From assembly GCA_038328755.1 (NCBI GenBank), contig JBBQMH010000002.1, positions 12,175 to 76,174 of the forward strand: DNA of 64,000 bases, read 5' to 3'. A model generated the notes under the pieces. It had not been told where the DNA came from and did no database searches. It was given only the letters and a program-made list of their open reading frames with translations. Position 1 is the first letter of the stretch. Each line of letters starts with the position of its first letter. Origin of the DNA: Candidatus Limnocylindrales bacterium. GTDB lineage: Bacteria; Chloroflexota; Limnocylindria; Limnocylindrales; CSP1-4. Both the position numbers and the translations under genes were made by a program. Shown in pieces: positions 25,404 through 34,889 of this stretch.

Positions 25404-27035
25404 TCAGTGTCCCGACCGCCCGTGGCGGGCATCGAAGACCGGCCGCTCCGAGCGGATCTCGGGCAGGTGATCGAAGTTGTACGGCGGTGGCGGTGACGAC
25501 GTGGCCCACTCGAGCGTGTTGCCCTCCCATGGGTCGTCGCCGGCGATCTTGCCGTTCCGGAGCGAGATGAAGACGTTCCAGATGAACGGCAGGATGGAGG
25601 CGGCGATGGTGAAACCACCAACGGTGGCGAGCAGGTTCAGGTCGTTCCAGCCCGCATCAGATGCGTAGTCGGCGATCCGTCGGGGCATGCCCTCGAGCCC
25701 CAGCTGGTGCATCGGGAAGAAGGTCAGGTTGAAGCCGATGAACATGAGGACGAAGTGGAGCTTGCCGAGGCCCTCGTCCAGCATCCGTCCGGTCATCTTG
25801 GGGAACCAGTAGTACAGGCCGGCGAAGATCCCGAAAACGGATCCACCGAAGAGGACGTAGTGGATGTGAGCGACCACCCAGTACGTGTCATGCAAGGCGA
25901 AGTCCACCGGGACCGAAGCGCTGAAGGCGCCGTTGATGCCGCCGATCAGGAACATCGTCAGGAAACCGATCGCGAAGACCAGCGGCGTGGAGAGCGACAG
26001 CTGTCCGCGGAACATCGTGAATACCCAGTTGAACATCTTCACGCCCGTAGGAACGGCGATGAGGAAGGTCAGCAGGCTGAAGAACGGCAGGAAGACCGAG
26101 CCCGTGGTGAACATGTGATGGGCCCAGACCGAGAAGCCAAGAGCGCCGATGGCGGCCGTGGCGAAGATGAACGCCTTGTAGCCGAACAGCGGCTTGCGGC
26201 TGAAGACCGGCAGGACCTCGCTGATCACGCCCATCGCGGGCAGGATCATCACGTAGACGGCCGGGTGCGAATAGAACCAGAAGATATTCTGGTACAGGAT
26301 CGCGCTGCCCCCGCCGAACGGATCGAAGAAATGGCCACCGTAGTTGCGGTCGATGAACAGCATCACCAGTGCACTGGTGATGACAGGCGTCGCCATGACC
26401 ACGAGGACGCTCGTCACGAGCACGGTCCAGACCATGATCGGCATCCGGAAGAGGGTCATGCCCGGCGCACGCATCTTGAAGATCGTGACCAGGAAGTTGA
26501 TGCCGCCGAGGATCGAGCTGGTCCCGATCAGGATGAGCGACACGATCCACAGATCCTGCCCCGAGCCCGGGGACTTCAGCGGGCCGTCCAGCGACAGCGG
26601 CGGGTAGGACGTCCAGCCGGCCGCGGCCGTGCCGCCAGTGAAGAAACTCGAGATCAGCAGAAGTCCGCCCAGGGGCAGCATCCAGAGCGACAGGGCGTTG
26701 ATGCGCGGGAAGGCCATGTCCGGGGCGCCGATCATGAGCGGGACGATGTAGTTGCCGAGACCCGCCAGCATCGGGATCACGAACACGAAGATCATGATCG
26801 TGGCGTGCATCGTGAACATCTCGTTGTAGACGTGCTCGTCGGCCAGGAACTGCAGGCCCGGCTGGGCCAGTTCGGTCCGAACGACCAGGGCGAGGATGCC
26901 GCCGATCAGGAAGAACACGAACGAGTTGATGACGTACATGATCCCGATCTTCTTGTGATCGGTGGTCGTCAGCCACTCGTACAGGCGACCTCGACTGTAG
27001 GTCGAGGTCGCCGGGGTGAGGGCGTGGGTCGCCAT
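25404..27035 (-). CDS. ctaD: cytochrome c oxidase subunit I (A-family, A2-type motif)
   Basis: 543 aa; ATG after AAGGAG. Canonical COX1 helices and ligands (HATIMIFVFVIP, WFYSHPAVYVMILP, WAHHMFT, HDTYWVVAHIHYVLFGG). Helix VI has YSHPAV in place of GHPEVY. Confidence 0.97.
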   Translation of the reverse strand: MATHALTPATSTYSRGRLYEWLTTTDHKKIGIMYVINSFVFFLIGGILALVVRTELAQPGLQFLADEHVYNEMFTMHATIMIFVFVIPMLAGLGNYIVPLMIGAPDMAFPRINALSLWMLPLGGLLLISSFFTGGTAAAGWTSYPPLSLDGPLKSPGSGQDLWIVSLILIGTSSILGGINFLVTIFKMRAPGMTLFRMPIMVWTVLVTSVLVVMATPVITSALVMLFIDRNYGGHFFDPFGGGSAILYQNIFWFYSHPAVYVMILPAMGVISEVLPVFSRKPLFGYKAFIFATAAIGALGFSVWAHHMFTTGSVFLPFFSLLTFLIAVPTGVKMFNWVFTMFRGQLSLSTPLVFAIGFLTMFLIGGINGAFSASVPVDFALHDTYWVVAHIHYVLFGGSVFGIFAGLYYWFPKMTGRMLDEGLGKLHFVLMFIGFNLTFFPMHQLGLEGMPRRIADYASDAGWNDLNLLATVGGFTIAASILPFIWNVFISLRNGKIAGDDPWEGNTLEWATSSPPPPYNFDHLPEIRSERPVFDARHGRSGH

Positions 27036-27045
27036 TCCGCGCTCC

Positions 27046-28152
27046 TTACTTAACCGTCAGGGTGCCGGTCATGTTTGCGTGGATCGAGCAGAAGAACGTG
27101 TACGTCCCCGCCGGCAACGGGTCGTAGACGTAATTCGCGCTGCTGCCGCCGTTGACGACTTCCTGATTCGCGACAACCGTGCCGCTGGAGTCGCGGACGT
27201 CGACGTCATGCGTCACCCCGGATGGATCCTGGTTGGTGAAGCTGATCGCGAACGGCGCATCTGCGGGTACCTCGAGGGCGGCCGTGTCGTACTGGATATT
27301 GAGTGCGCTCAGGGTGAGGACCGTGCCGCTCGGTGCCGGCGCGGGCGTCGCGTTGGCCTTCACGATCAGGGCCTTGAGCCAGGTGTCGTAGTCGGCCGGC
27401 GTCAGGGCGATGACCGAGAAGAGCATCCGGCGGTGGCCGGTCCCGCACAACTCGGCACACTGGCCCCGGAAGACCTGGCCGGCTTCGGATGCATCGACCG
27501 TGAATTCGAATCGGTTGGTCTGGCCCGGCACCACATCGCGCTTGAACAGGAAGCGCGGGACATAGAACGCGTGGATCACATCCGGGCTGTCCAGGGTGAC
27601 CTGGACCGACTTTCCGGCCGGGACGGCCATCCCACCCTCGCCCGTGTCGACGTCATAGACGGGAACCAGCTGCGTCGCGACTTTCGACCCGCTGGCATCG
27701 AGATACTCGAACTGCCATTGGAACTGCCCGGCAATCGCATGGATCCGGATATCCGGAGAGGCGCTGACCGCGTTGACGCGGTTCAGGCTCTGCCAGGAGA
27801 TCACGAACAGGAAGAGCACGATCGCGGTCGGGATGAGCGTCCAGATGATCTCGACCGTGTTGTTCCCGTGAGTCTGGACCGGGAGTGACGTGTCGCTCGA
27901 CTTGCGCCTGTAGCGCAGGACGCTCCAGATGATCAGTGCCTCGACGACGACGAAGATCGCCAGGCCAAACGCGAAGACGATGTCGTACAGACCCCGGACG
28001 TTGCGTGCTTCCGATGTGGCGGCTTGCGGCGGATAGAGGGAGGCTCCCCAGCCGCTCAGGAACACGGCGCCCACGAGCGCGACCAGGATTGCGACCACCA
28101 AGCCGGCGACGAGCGCGTCGGGCGCGGGCCGCTTCCTGGGGCTAGTCGACAT
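27046..28152 (-). CDS. ctaC: cytochrome c oxidase subunit II fused to a C-terminal cupredoxin (type-1 copper) domain
   Basis: ATG 28152 after GAGGA. Two TM helices, CuA domain (DVIHAFYVP, CAELCGTGHRRM), Ala/Pro linker, then a roughly 95-aa domain with GVTHD ... FFCSIHANMTGTLTVK (His/Cys/His/Met spacing as in amicyanin). The 28605 ORF start adds a non-protein-like Arg/Ser leader. Confidence 0.9.
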   Translation of the reverse strand: MSTSPRKRPAPDALVAGLVVAILVALVGAVFLSGWGASLYPPQAATSEARNVRGLYDIVFAFGLAIFVVVEALIIWSVLRYRRKSSDTSLPVQTHGNNTVEIIWTLIPTAIVLFLFVISWQSLNRVNAVSASPDIRIHAIAGQFQWQFEYLDASGSKVATQLVPVYDVDTGEGGMAVPAGKSVQVTLDSPDVIHAFYVPRFLFKRDVVPGQTNRFEFTVDASEAGQVFRGQCAELCGTGHRRMLFSVIALTPADYDTWLKALIVKANATPAPAPSGTVLTLSALNIQYDTAALEVPADAPFAISFTNQDPSGVTHDVDVRDSSGTVVANQEVVNGGSSANYVYDPLPAGTYTFFCSIHANMTGTLTVK

Positions 28153-28288
28153 CGGCTGTCCTCGGGTGGATGGAATATGACGGGCGCCGGCAGAGCGGGA
28201 CGTCCCTCCGGCGGGGCGGGGCGCGAACTGGACCTCCCCATGGGGACGGGCCGTTCGACATGATACCCGAGGGCAACAGGTCCGCGCG

Positions 28289-29371
28289 ATGCGCCGGGAC
28301 GCACCGTGGGACGATAGGCTCGTGAACAGGCGCAGCATCGTTCGCGGGCTCGTGGCGCTGGCCAGCGCCGTCGTCGCCGGAGCGATCGCCGTCCCTTTGG
28401 CGGCAGCCCACGGACCCGTTCCGGATGCGCGCCCCGACGCAGTCAATCTGCTGCTCGACTGGGAAGTCGAGCCGCTGGTGGCGCTGCCCCTGCTCATCTC
28501 CGCTGTCGTGTGGTGGCGTCTCCTGGCGAGGGTCGATCGGCTCCACCCCGACCATCCCGTTCCCGCCTGGCAACGCTGGGCGTTCATCGCCGGCCTCGCT
28601 GCCATCGCCTTCGCCCTGCTGTCCGGCGTGGCCCGCTACGACACGACCCTGTTCTCGCTGCACATGGTCCAGCACCTGCTGCTGACCCTGGTCGGTCCGC
28701 CGCTCATGGCCATGGGTGCGCCCATCACGCAATTGCTGCGGGCGGTCTCATCATCGACTCGAAGGCAGCGGATTCTGCCGGTTCTGCACAGTCGCGTCGT
28801 GCTGGGGCTGACGCATCCGATCGTCGCCTGGCTGGTCTTCACGGCCGTCATGTGGGGCACCCACTTTTCGCCCCTCTTTGACCTCTCCCTGGAAGATCCC
28901 GTGGTCCACGATCTCGAGCACATGGCCTTCCTGGCGGCCGGGCTTCTGTTCTGGTGGCCGCTCGTCGCCCTGGACCCGGCACCAAACCGGATGCGGCATC
29001 CCGCCCGGATCGCCTACGTCTTCCTGCAGATGCCCCAGAACTCCTTCCTGGCGGTGGCGATTCTGTTTGCCGAGAGCCCGCTCTATCCGCACTACGCGAC
29101 GCTCGGATCGCCCTACGGAATCCTGGCCCTCGACGATCAGCGCCTGGCCGCCGGGATCATGTGGTTCTTCGGCGACGTGATCTTCCTCGTGGCGACGCTG
29201 GCAGTCATGGCCACCTGGATGAGCAGTGAATCTCGATCCACCGAGGCAGCCGACCGACGCACGGACCTCGAGCGGGCAGCCCTGCGCGAGCGGGAGGAGG
29301 TGTTACGGAAGCGACGCGCCGACGTGGCGCCCGATCAGGCTGGCACCGGGGCGTCGATCAGCGAGCGGTAG
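28289..29371 (+). CDS. ctaG: cytochrome c oxidase assembly protein (Caa3_CtaG family)
   Basis: Polytopic membrane protein with LHMVQHLLLTLVGPPLMAMGAP, HDLEHMAFLAAGLLFWWP and DQRLAAGIMWFFGD, typical of Bacillus/actinobacterial CtaG. Divergent from ctaC. Start uncertain (ATG 28289 or GTG 28322). Confidence 0.8.
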   Translation: MRRDAPWDDRLVNRRSIVRGLVALASAVVAGAIAVPLAAAHGPVPDARPDAVNLLLDWEVEPLVALPLLISAVVWWRLLARVDRLHPDHPVPAWQRWAFIAGLAAIAFALLSGVARYDTTLFSLHMVQHLLLTLVGPPLMAMGAPITQLLRAVSSSTRRQRILPVLHSRVVLGLTHPIVAWLVFTAVMWGTHFSPLFDLSLEDPVVHDLEHMAFLAAGLLFWWPLVALDPAPNRMRHPARIAYVFLQMPQNSFLAVAILFAESPLYPHYATLGSPYGILALDDQRLAAGIMWFFGDVIFLVATLAVMATWMSSESRSTEAADRRTDLERAALREREEVLRKRRADVAPDQAGTGASISER

Positions 29372-30372
29372 CGCTCCGGGTCCACGTTGCCGCCGCTGAC
29401 CACGGCGACGACTGTCCCCTCGAGACTCTCGAGGCCCAGCTCGACCGCATGATGGACCGCGGCGGCCAGCGACAGCGCGCCCGATGGCTCCACGACGAGG
29501 CGCGCCCCCTCCGCGGCGAGGCGCATCGCGCTCGCAATCTCGGCATCCGTGATCGTGATGATCCCGTCCAGCAGGCGAGACAGATGGGCGAAGGGTCGCC
29601 GGCCGATGGCCTGGGTACGCGTTCCATCAGCGATCGTCCGGGCGGTCCTGGCCCCCTCCCAGCGGACGATCCGGCCGGCTTCCAGTGACTCGGCAGCGTC
29701 GGCGGCGAGCTCCGGCTCGACGCCAATCACACGGGCCCCCGGGTGCAGGGCTCGAACGGCGACGGCGACGCCGCTGGCGAGTCCTCCCCCGCCGACCGGC
29801 ACGAGGACGAGCGCGAGGTCAGGCACCGCCTCGGCGATCTCCAGGCCGCAGGTGCCCTGGCCGGCAATGACCCGGTCATCGTCATAGGGCGGGATCAACA
29901 CGAGGTCCCGCTCCCGGACGAGGCGGTCGGCCATCTCCTCGCGCGCACCGCTCTCGACCGCGACGGTCACGATCTCGGCCCCATCGGCGGCAACGCGCGC
30001 GCGCTTGATCGCGGGAGCGTCCTCCGGCATGACGATCGTCGCCCTGATGCCGAGAAGCCGGGCAGCCCGCGCCACGCCCTGGGCATGGTTGCCCGACGAG
30101 TGGGTGACGACCCCGCGGCTGCGCGACTCCGCATCGAGCTGAGCCATGGCGTTGTAGGCACCGCGGATCTTGAAGGCCCCGATTGGCTGGAGCGATTCGG
30201 CCTTCAGCAGGAGCCGCGGGGGACCGGCCGCGTATTCGACCAGCGGTGTTCGGAGCGCGATCCCGTCGAGTCGTCGGACCGCGGCGCGAATGTCGTCGAT
30301 GGTGACGAGCGGCTCCTCGTCGTCGCCCAACGGCTTCCCCGTGGTCGGGTCGAGGACCACGAATCGGGTCAC
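29335..30372 (-). CDS. PLP-dependent threonine/serine ammonia-lyase (short, catabolic-type threonine dehydratase)
   Basis: PLP-lysine motif LQPIGAFKIRGAYN, SSGNHAQGVA and the glycine loop VPVGGGGLASG. About 345 aa, so no C-terminal regulatory domain. GTG 30372 overlaps the upstream stop (GTGA). Confidence 0.85.
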   Translation of the reverse strand: MTRFVVLDPTTGKPLGDDEEPLVTIDDIRAAVRRLDGIALRTPLVEYAAGPPRLLLKAESLQPIGAFKIRGAYNAMAQLDAESRSRGVVTHSSGNHAQGVARAARLLGIRATIVMPEDAPAIKRARVAADGAEIVTVAVESGAREEMADRLVRERDLVLIPPYDDDRVIAGQGTCGLEIAEAVPDLALVLVPVGGGGLASGVAVAVRALHPGARVIGVEPELAADAAESLEAGRIVRWEGARTARTIADGTRTQAIGRRPFAHLSRLLDGIITITDAEIASAMRLAAEGARLVVEPSGALSLAAAVHHAVELGLESLEGTVVAVVSGGNVDPERYRSLIDAPVPA

Positions 30373-30707
30373 CTCGGGCCGGATCTCGCGCAGTCGATGC
30401 AGGTGGCGGCCCACGGAATGGCCTCGAGGCGAGCGGCTGCGATGGCCTTGCCACAGTTTCGGCATGTGCCGTAGGTCCCTGCATCCAGCTGGGCGAGCGC
30501 ATCCTCCACGAGCGCCAGCTGCGCACGCTCGTGATCGCGAAGGGCGAGGTCGCGCTGCTGCTCGAAGACATGGGTCGCCGCGGCCGCCTGCGATCCATAC
30601 GTCATCTGCCCGGGGCCTTCGATCGGTTCACCGAGGGATTCCCGGAGACGTGTGGCCTCGGCCTCGAGGGCGGCACGGGTGGCGGCTGGCTCCGGAAGGC
30701 TGGCCAT
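30369..30707 (-). CDS. DksA/TraR family C4-type zinc-finger protein
   Basis: 112 aa with a coiled-coil N-terminal part and CRNCGKAIAAARLEAIPWAATCIDC. Confidence 0.8.
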   Translation of the reverse strand: MASLPEPAATRAALEAEATRLRESLGEPIEGPGQMTYGSQAAAATHVFEQQRDLALRDHERAQLALVEDALAQLDAGTYGTCRNCGKAIAAARLEAIPWAATCIDCARSGPR

Positions 30708-30795
30708 GTGGTGATCCTATCGCGCGGCGCCACCTCGCGGGCGGCTCTGCCGTCGCGGGCACGCGGGTAACGTGCTGCCGACGGTCCGGACGAAC

Positions 30796-31593
30796 CTAGA
30801 TCCGTCCGGCGCCCGAGCTGTCCGTCGTCAGGCGCGAAGCAACAAACACCGGGATCACCGACAGCAGGATCGCAGCGAGGCCGGCGACGTTGACCAGCGG
30901 GACCTGGTTGGCCAGCCGGAAGCTCTGGAAGATCCAGATCGGCAGCGTGGTGACGCCACCGGCCGTGAAGATCGTGACGATGACCTCGTCAAACGACAGT
31001 GCAAAGGCCAGGAGCGCTCCGGCCAGCATCGCCGACCGAATCGCCGGGAAGGTGACCCGCCGGAAGGTCTGCCAGGCATCCGCGCCGAGGTCCGCCGACG
31101 CCTCTTCGAGTGACGTCCCGGTTCGGCGCACCCGCGCGATGACGTTGTTGTAGACGAGGACGACGCAGAACGTGGCGTGGGCGACGACGATCGACAGGAG
31201 GCCGAGGGGAAGGCCGGTCGTGGCAAACGTCGTGCTGAGTGCCATCCCGGTGACGATCCCGGGCAGGGCGATCGGGAAGACCACCACGAAGGAAACGGCC
31301 TCACGACCGAAGAACTCGTAGCGAGCGACGGCGAAGGCCGCGAGCGTGCCCAGTACGAGGGCGATGCTCGATGCCGCCACGGCGATGCCGATCGAGGTCA
31401 TGAACGCGGCCCGCAGGCCGGTGTTCTCGAGGGCCGCCTCGACCCAGCGAGTGCTGAAGCCGGACGGTGGCCACGAAGTCGTTCCGCTGGAGTTGAAGGC
31501 GTAGGCGATCACCACCACGAGCGGGACATAGATGAAGAGCAGGACGGCGACCGTCGAGGCGCGCAGCGCGAACCGGCCGAGCCAGCGGCTCAC
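30796..31593 (-). CDS. ABC importer permease (PotC-like)
   Basis: Six-TM BPD_transp_1-type permease with the EAA loop (LEEASADLGADAWQTFRRVTFP). 4-nt overlap with the upstream permease. Confidence 0.85.
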   Translation of the reverse strand: MSRWLGRFALRASTVAVLLFIYVPLVVVIAYAFNSSGTTSWPPSGFSTRWVEAALENTGLRAAFMTSIGIAVAASSIALVLGTLAAFAVARYEFFGREAVSFVVVFPIALPGIVTGMALSTTFATTGLPLGLLSIVVAHATFCVVLVYNNVIARVRRTGTSLEEASADLGADAWQTFRRVTFPAIRSAMLAGALLAFALSFDEVIVTIFTAGGVTTLPIWIFQSFRLANQVPLVNVAGLAAILLSVIPVFVASRLTTDSSGAGRI

Positions 31594-32477
31594 AGGGACG
31601 AAAACGCGCCGAGACGGCGCGCCACCAGCAGGTACACGAGCATCACCCCGAGTGGCGCGAGCGACAGCGCAGCAGCAAACGGGAGGTCTGGCGCCCCGAA
31701 GTTAAGGAAGATCAGGTTGCCCACGAACTGGGTCGTCGTGATCAAGGACGGCGCGACGTAATCGCCGAGCGTGAGTGAGAAGGTGAAGATCGACCCGGCG
31801 GCGAGCGCCGGAATGACCAGCGGGAAGATGACCCGCCGGAAGCTCGTGAAGGCACGGGCGCCCAGATCGGACGAGGCCTCCAGGAGCGAGGACGGGATCC
31901 GTTCCAGGCCCGCGTACAGCGGCAGGATCATGTACGGCAGCCAGAGGTAGGTGAAGACCAGCCACAGGCCGATTTCGGTCTGGCCCGGGCCACGCAGGCC
32001 CAACGGACCAAGGAGCCAGTTGAGGAGTCCCTCCTCGGACAGGATGAGGCGCCACGAGTAGGCCTTGATGAGATAGCTGGACCAGAGCGGCATCAGAACG
32101 GCGACGGCCAGGAGGCCACGGACGCGCGGCGATGCGACGCGCGCCATGTAGAACGCGATCGGAAACGCGAGCACCGCGCAGGTCAGGGTCACCGTGGCCG
32201 CCATGGTCACCGTTCGCAGGAGCACCGTGCCGTAGAGCGGAGTGGTGAGCAGCTCGACGAAGTTGTCCAGCGTGAACGTCCGCTGGACCAGGCCCGTGAA
32301 CTCGTCGCGCTGCCAGAACGAGTTGACGAAAAGCACAGCCAGTGAGCCGAGGTAGGCGACGACGAGCCAGGCCACGGGCGCGGCGAGCAGCAGCGCGAGG
32401 CGAACGCGTGGCCGGGCGTGCAGCCACGCCGCAAAGCGGCGCGCAAGGGATCCCTGGTTGAGGGGTTGGGCTGTCAT
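31590..32477 (-). CDS. ABC importer permease (PotB-like)
   Basis: EAA loop LLEASSDLGARAFTSFRRVIFP; polytopic. Confidence 0.85.
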   Translation of the reverse strand: MTAQPLNQGSLARRFAAWLHARPRVRLALLLAAPVAWLVVAYLGSLAVLFVNSFWQRDEFTGLVQRTFTLDNFVELLTTPLYGTVLLRTVTMAATVTLTCAVLAFPIAFYMARVASPRVRGLLAVAVLMPLWSSYLIKAYSWRLILSEEGLLNWLLGPLGLRGPGQTEIGLWLVFTYLWLPYMILPLYAGLERIPSSLLEASSDLGARAFTSFRRVIFPLVIPALAAGSIFTFSLTLGDYVAPSLITTTQFVGNLIFLNFGAPDLPFAAALSLAPLGVMLVYLLVARRLGAFSSL

Positions 32478-32541
32478 GTCCAGTTCGAGACGAGGGCCCG
32501 GGCGTGAAACGCCCGGGCCCTCAGTTCATCACCTCGGGCGA

Positions 32542-33723
32542 TCAGCCCTTGATTTCGGTCCAGGCCTTGACCCAGTCGTCAAAGCCCTTGCACTTGACAT
32601 CAGTGCGGCCATCCACACAGGCCGTTTCCGGGGTCTGCCAATACCAGACGTCCTTCCAGAAGGCGTCGTCGTTGGCATGGAAGAAGTCGCAGTTGTCCTG
32701 ATCGGCCTGCGACAGCCCGCAGGACTTGCTGTTGCCGGGTGCCTCGCCGAACCACGAAGCGATCTGCGCGTTCACCTCGGGCGAGACGATGTGGTTGAGC
32801 CACTTGTATGCGCAATTGAGGTGAGTGGTCTTGGAGTTGATCATCCATGTGTCGGACCAGCCGGTGGCCCCTTCGACCGGCTTGATCACGTTGACTGGGA
32901 TGGGCGGATCCTCGGACTGGAGCAGGTAGCTGATGACCTGCCAGGTCGTGCCGATGGTCGCGTCGCCCGACTCGAAGGCCTGCTGCTGCTTGGTGTAGTC
33001 AACCCAGTACTGGCTGATGTTCGGCTTCTGCTGCTTGAGCAGATCCACGACGGCCGCGAACTGCGTGTCGTCGAGCGCGTACGGGTTCGTGATCTTGAGG
33101 TCGGGCTTGGTGCTCATGAGGACGACGGCCGCATCTGCGATGTAGATCGGCGCGTCGTAGACGGACACCTGCTTGCCCCACGATGGGTTCGCGTCGAACA
33201 TCTGCGCCCACGAGGTCGGCGCAGTCGCGATCTTGTCGGTCCGCCACATCAGCAGGTTGGAGCCCCGGCCGTGTGGCGCCCCGTAGTGGACGCCATCGAC
33301 GGTGTTGTACGGCTTGTCCTTGAGCGCCGGGAAGATGTCGGCGTAGTTCGGTACCAGATCCATGTTGACCGGCTGGACATAGCCGGCCCGGACCAGGCGG
33401 AGGCTGGCGTCGCCGGACGCCGAGATCACGTCGAACTTGGTGGGATTGGTCGAGAAGAGGCTGAACGCCTCATCGGACGTCCCGAACACCTGGACCGTGA
33501 CCTTGCAGCCGGTCGCATCCTCGAACGGCTTGACCCAGTTCTGCGTCGGGTCGTACGACCCGTCCTCGGCATAGCCCGGCCAGGCCAGGACCGAGAGCTC
33601 ACCTTCGCCATCCCCGACGGCCGTGGGCAGGTTGATCGTCGGCGCTGCCGTCGCGCCGCCGCCGCATGCAGCGGCCACGAGGGCGACGACGCCGACGATC
33701 GCCGTGAGCCTTCCCTTGATCAT
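32542..33723 (-). CDS. ABC substrate-binding lipoprotein (PotD/PotF-like, polyamine type)
   Basis: ATG 33723 after GGAGGAGGG. Lipobox VALVAAACGG. Family-1 solute-binding fold features (VLAWPGYAEDG, FDVISASGD). Confidence 0.8.
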   Translation of the reverse strand: MIKGRLTAIVGVVALVAAACGGGATAAPTINLPTAVGDGEGELSVLAWPGYAEDGSYDPTQNWVKPFEDATGCKVTVQVFGTSDEAFSLFSTNPTKFDVISASGDASLRLVRAGYVQPVNMDLVPNYADIFPALKDKPYNTVDGVHYGAPHGRGSNLLMWRTDKIATAPTSWAQMFDANPSWGKQVSVYDAPIYIADAAVVLMSTKPDLKITNPYALDDTQFAAVVDLLKQQKPNISQYWVDYTKQQQAFESGDATIGTTWQVISYLLQSEDPPIPVNVIKPVEGATGWSDTWMINSKTTHLNCAYKWLNHIVSPEVNAQIASWFGEAPGNSKSCGLSQADQDNCDFFHANDDAFWKDVWYWQTPETACVDGRTDVKCKGFDDWVKAWTEIKG

Positions 33724-33746
33724 GTTCCCTCCTCCATGTCCCCGCG

Positions 33747-34889
33747 TCACCCTTGGACGCGCAGGGCGTGTTCCCGCTTCCAGATCAGACGCACCGGGCG
33801 ACCCTGCGCCGCGAGCGCCTCCATCGATGAAGTGGCTAGATTCTGCTGGGTCACGACGAGCTCGGCGCCCGCTCCCAGCACGACGACATAGCGTGTTTCC
33901 GAGCCGAGATACACAACGTCGCGAATGGTGCCGTCGGCAGACATCTCATCCGCGTCTACACTCGCACCCGGCTCAGCCAGGTGGATCTTCTCCGGACGGA
34001 CCGTGTAGATCCCGGGCTGGCCGATGATCTGCGCCGCGACCTCGTCGCGAAGCAGATTCGACGTCCCGACGAACCCGGCGACGAAGGCGGTCGCCGGGCG
34101 CTCATAGAGGTCCGCCGGGGTTCCCACCTGTTCGATCCGGCCGTGGTTGAAGACCGCCAGGCGATCGCTCATGGTGAGCGCCTCGTCCTGGTCGTGGGTG
34201 ACGTAGATGAACGTGATGCCCACCTGCTGCTGGATCGACTTGAGCTCGATCTGCATCTCCTCCCGGAGCTTGAGGTCAAGCGCGCCGAGCGGCTCGTCCA
34301 GCAGGAGCACGCGGGGCCGGTTCACGAGCGCGCGGGCGAGCGCTACACGCTGGGCCTGCCCACCCGAGAGCTGCCCCGGCTTGCGCCCTTCGTAGCCTTC
34401 GAGCCGGACCATCCGTAGCGCCTCGGTCACGCGATCCACACGCTCCGCCTTGGGCACCTTTCGGACGACGAGGCCGTAGGCGACGTTCTCGCCAACGGTC
34501 ATGTGCGGGAACAGGGCGTAATCCTGGAAGACGGTATTGACGTCGCGCTCGAACGGTGGCTTGCCGGAAACGTCCTCGCCGTGCAGGAGGATCCGGCCAC
34601 GCGTCGGCAGTTCGAATCCGGCGATCATCCGGAGCGTCGTGGTCTTGCCGGAGCCGGACGGCCCGAGCATCGAGAAGAACTCGCCGTCGGCGATCTCGAG
34701 GTCGATGCCGGCGACCGCGACGATGGGAGCACCGGGCCCCGACCCAATCGCCTTGGCCACTCTCCGGCCGGCGGCATCGCCGCCAAACTGCTTGACGACG
34801 CCCTCAAGGACGACGGCGGGCATGGAGGCGGACAGGTTCGCGGAGGTGCGGCCTGCAGGTGTGCCGTCGGCGATCGCGGGGCTCGACAT
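33747..34889 (-). CDS. ABC importer ATP-binding protein (PotA-like)
   Basis: Internal ATG 34889. Walker [36 protein letters not shown], and a C-terminal TOBE-like domain. The upstream part of the 35048 ORF is not protein-like. Confidence 0.9.
   Translation of the reverse strand: MSSPAIADGTPAGRTSANLSASMPAVVLEGVVKQFGGDAAGRRVAKAIGSGPGAPIVAVAGIDLEIADGEFFSMLGPSGSGKTTTLRMIAGFELPTRGRILLHGEDVSGKPPFERDVNTVFQDYALFPHMTVGENVAYGLVVRKVPKAERVDRVTEALRMVRLEGYEGRKPGQLSGGQAQRVALARALVNRPRVLLLDEPLGALDLKLREEMQIELKSIQQQVGITFIYVTHDQDEALTMSDRLAVFNHGRIEQVGTPADLYERPATAFVAGFVGTSNLLRDEVAAQIIGQPGIYTVRPEKIHLAEPGASVDADEMSADGTIRDVVYLGSETRYVVVLGAGAELVVTQQNLATSSMEALAAQGRPVRLIWKREHALRVQG

Noticed and set aside
25707-27053. 448-aa plus-strand ORF rich in His/Glu/Asp/Arg
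   Set aside because: It is exactly antisense to ctaD, whose identity is unambiguous. The composition is a codon-complement artefact.
29335-29371. 37-nt convergent overlap of the ctaG and threonine dehydratase 3' ends
   Set aside because: This is plausible in compact GC-rich genomes, and both C-termini are low-information tails. I found no evidence it is functionally meaningful.
32458-33891. 477-aa plus-strand ORF
   Set aside because: It is antisense to the substrate-binding protein and ATPase genes of the ABC importer, and the sequence is not protein-like.
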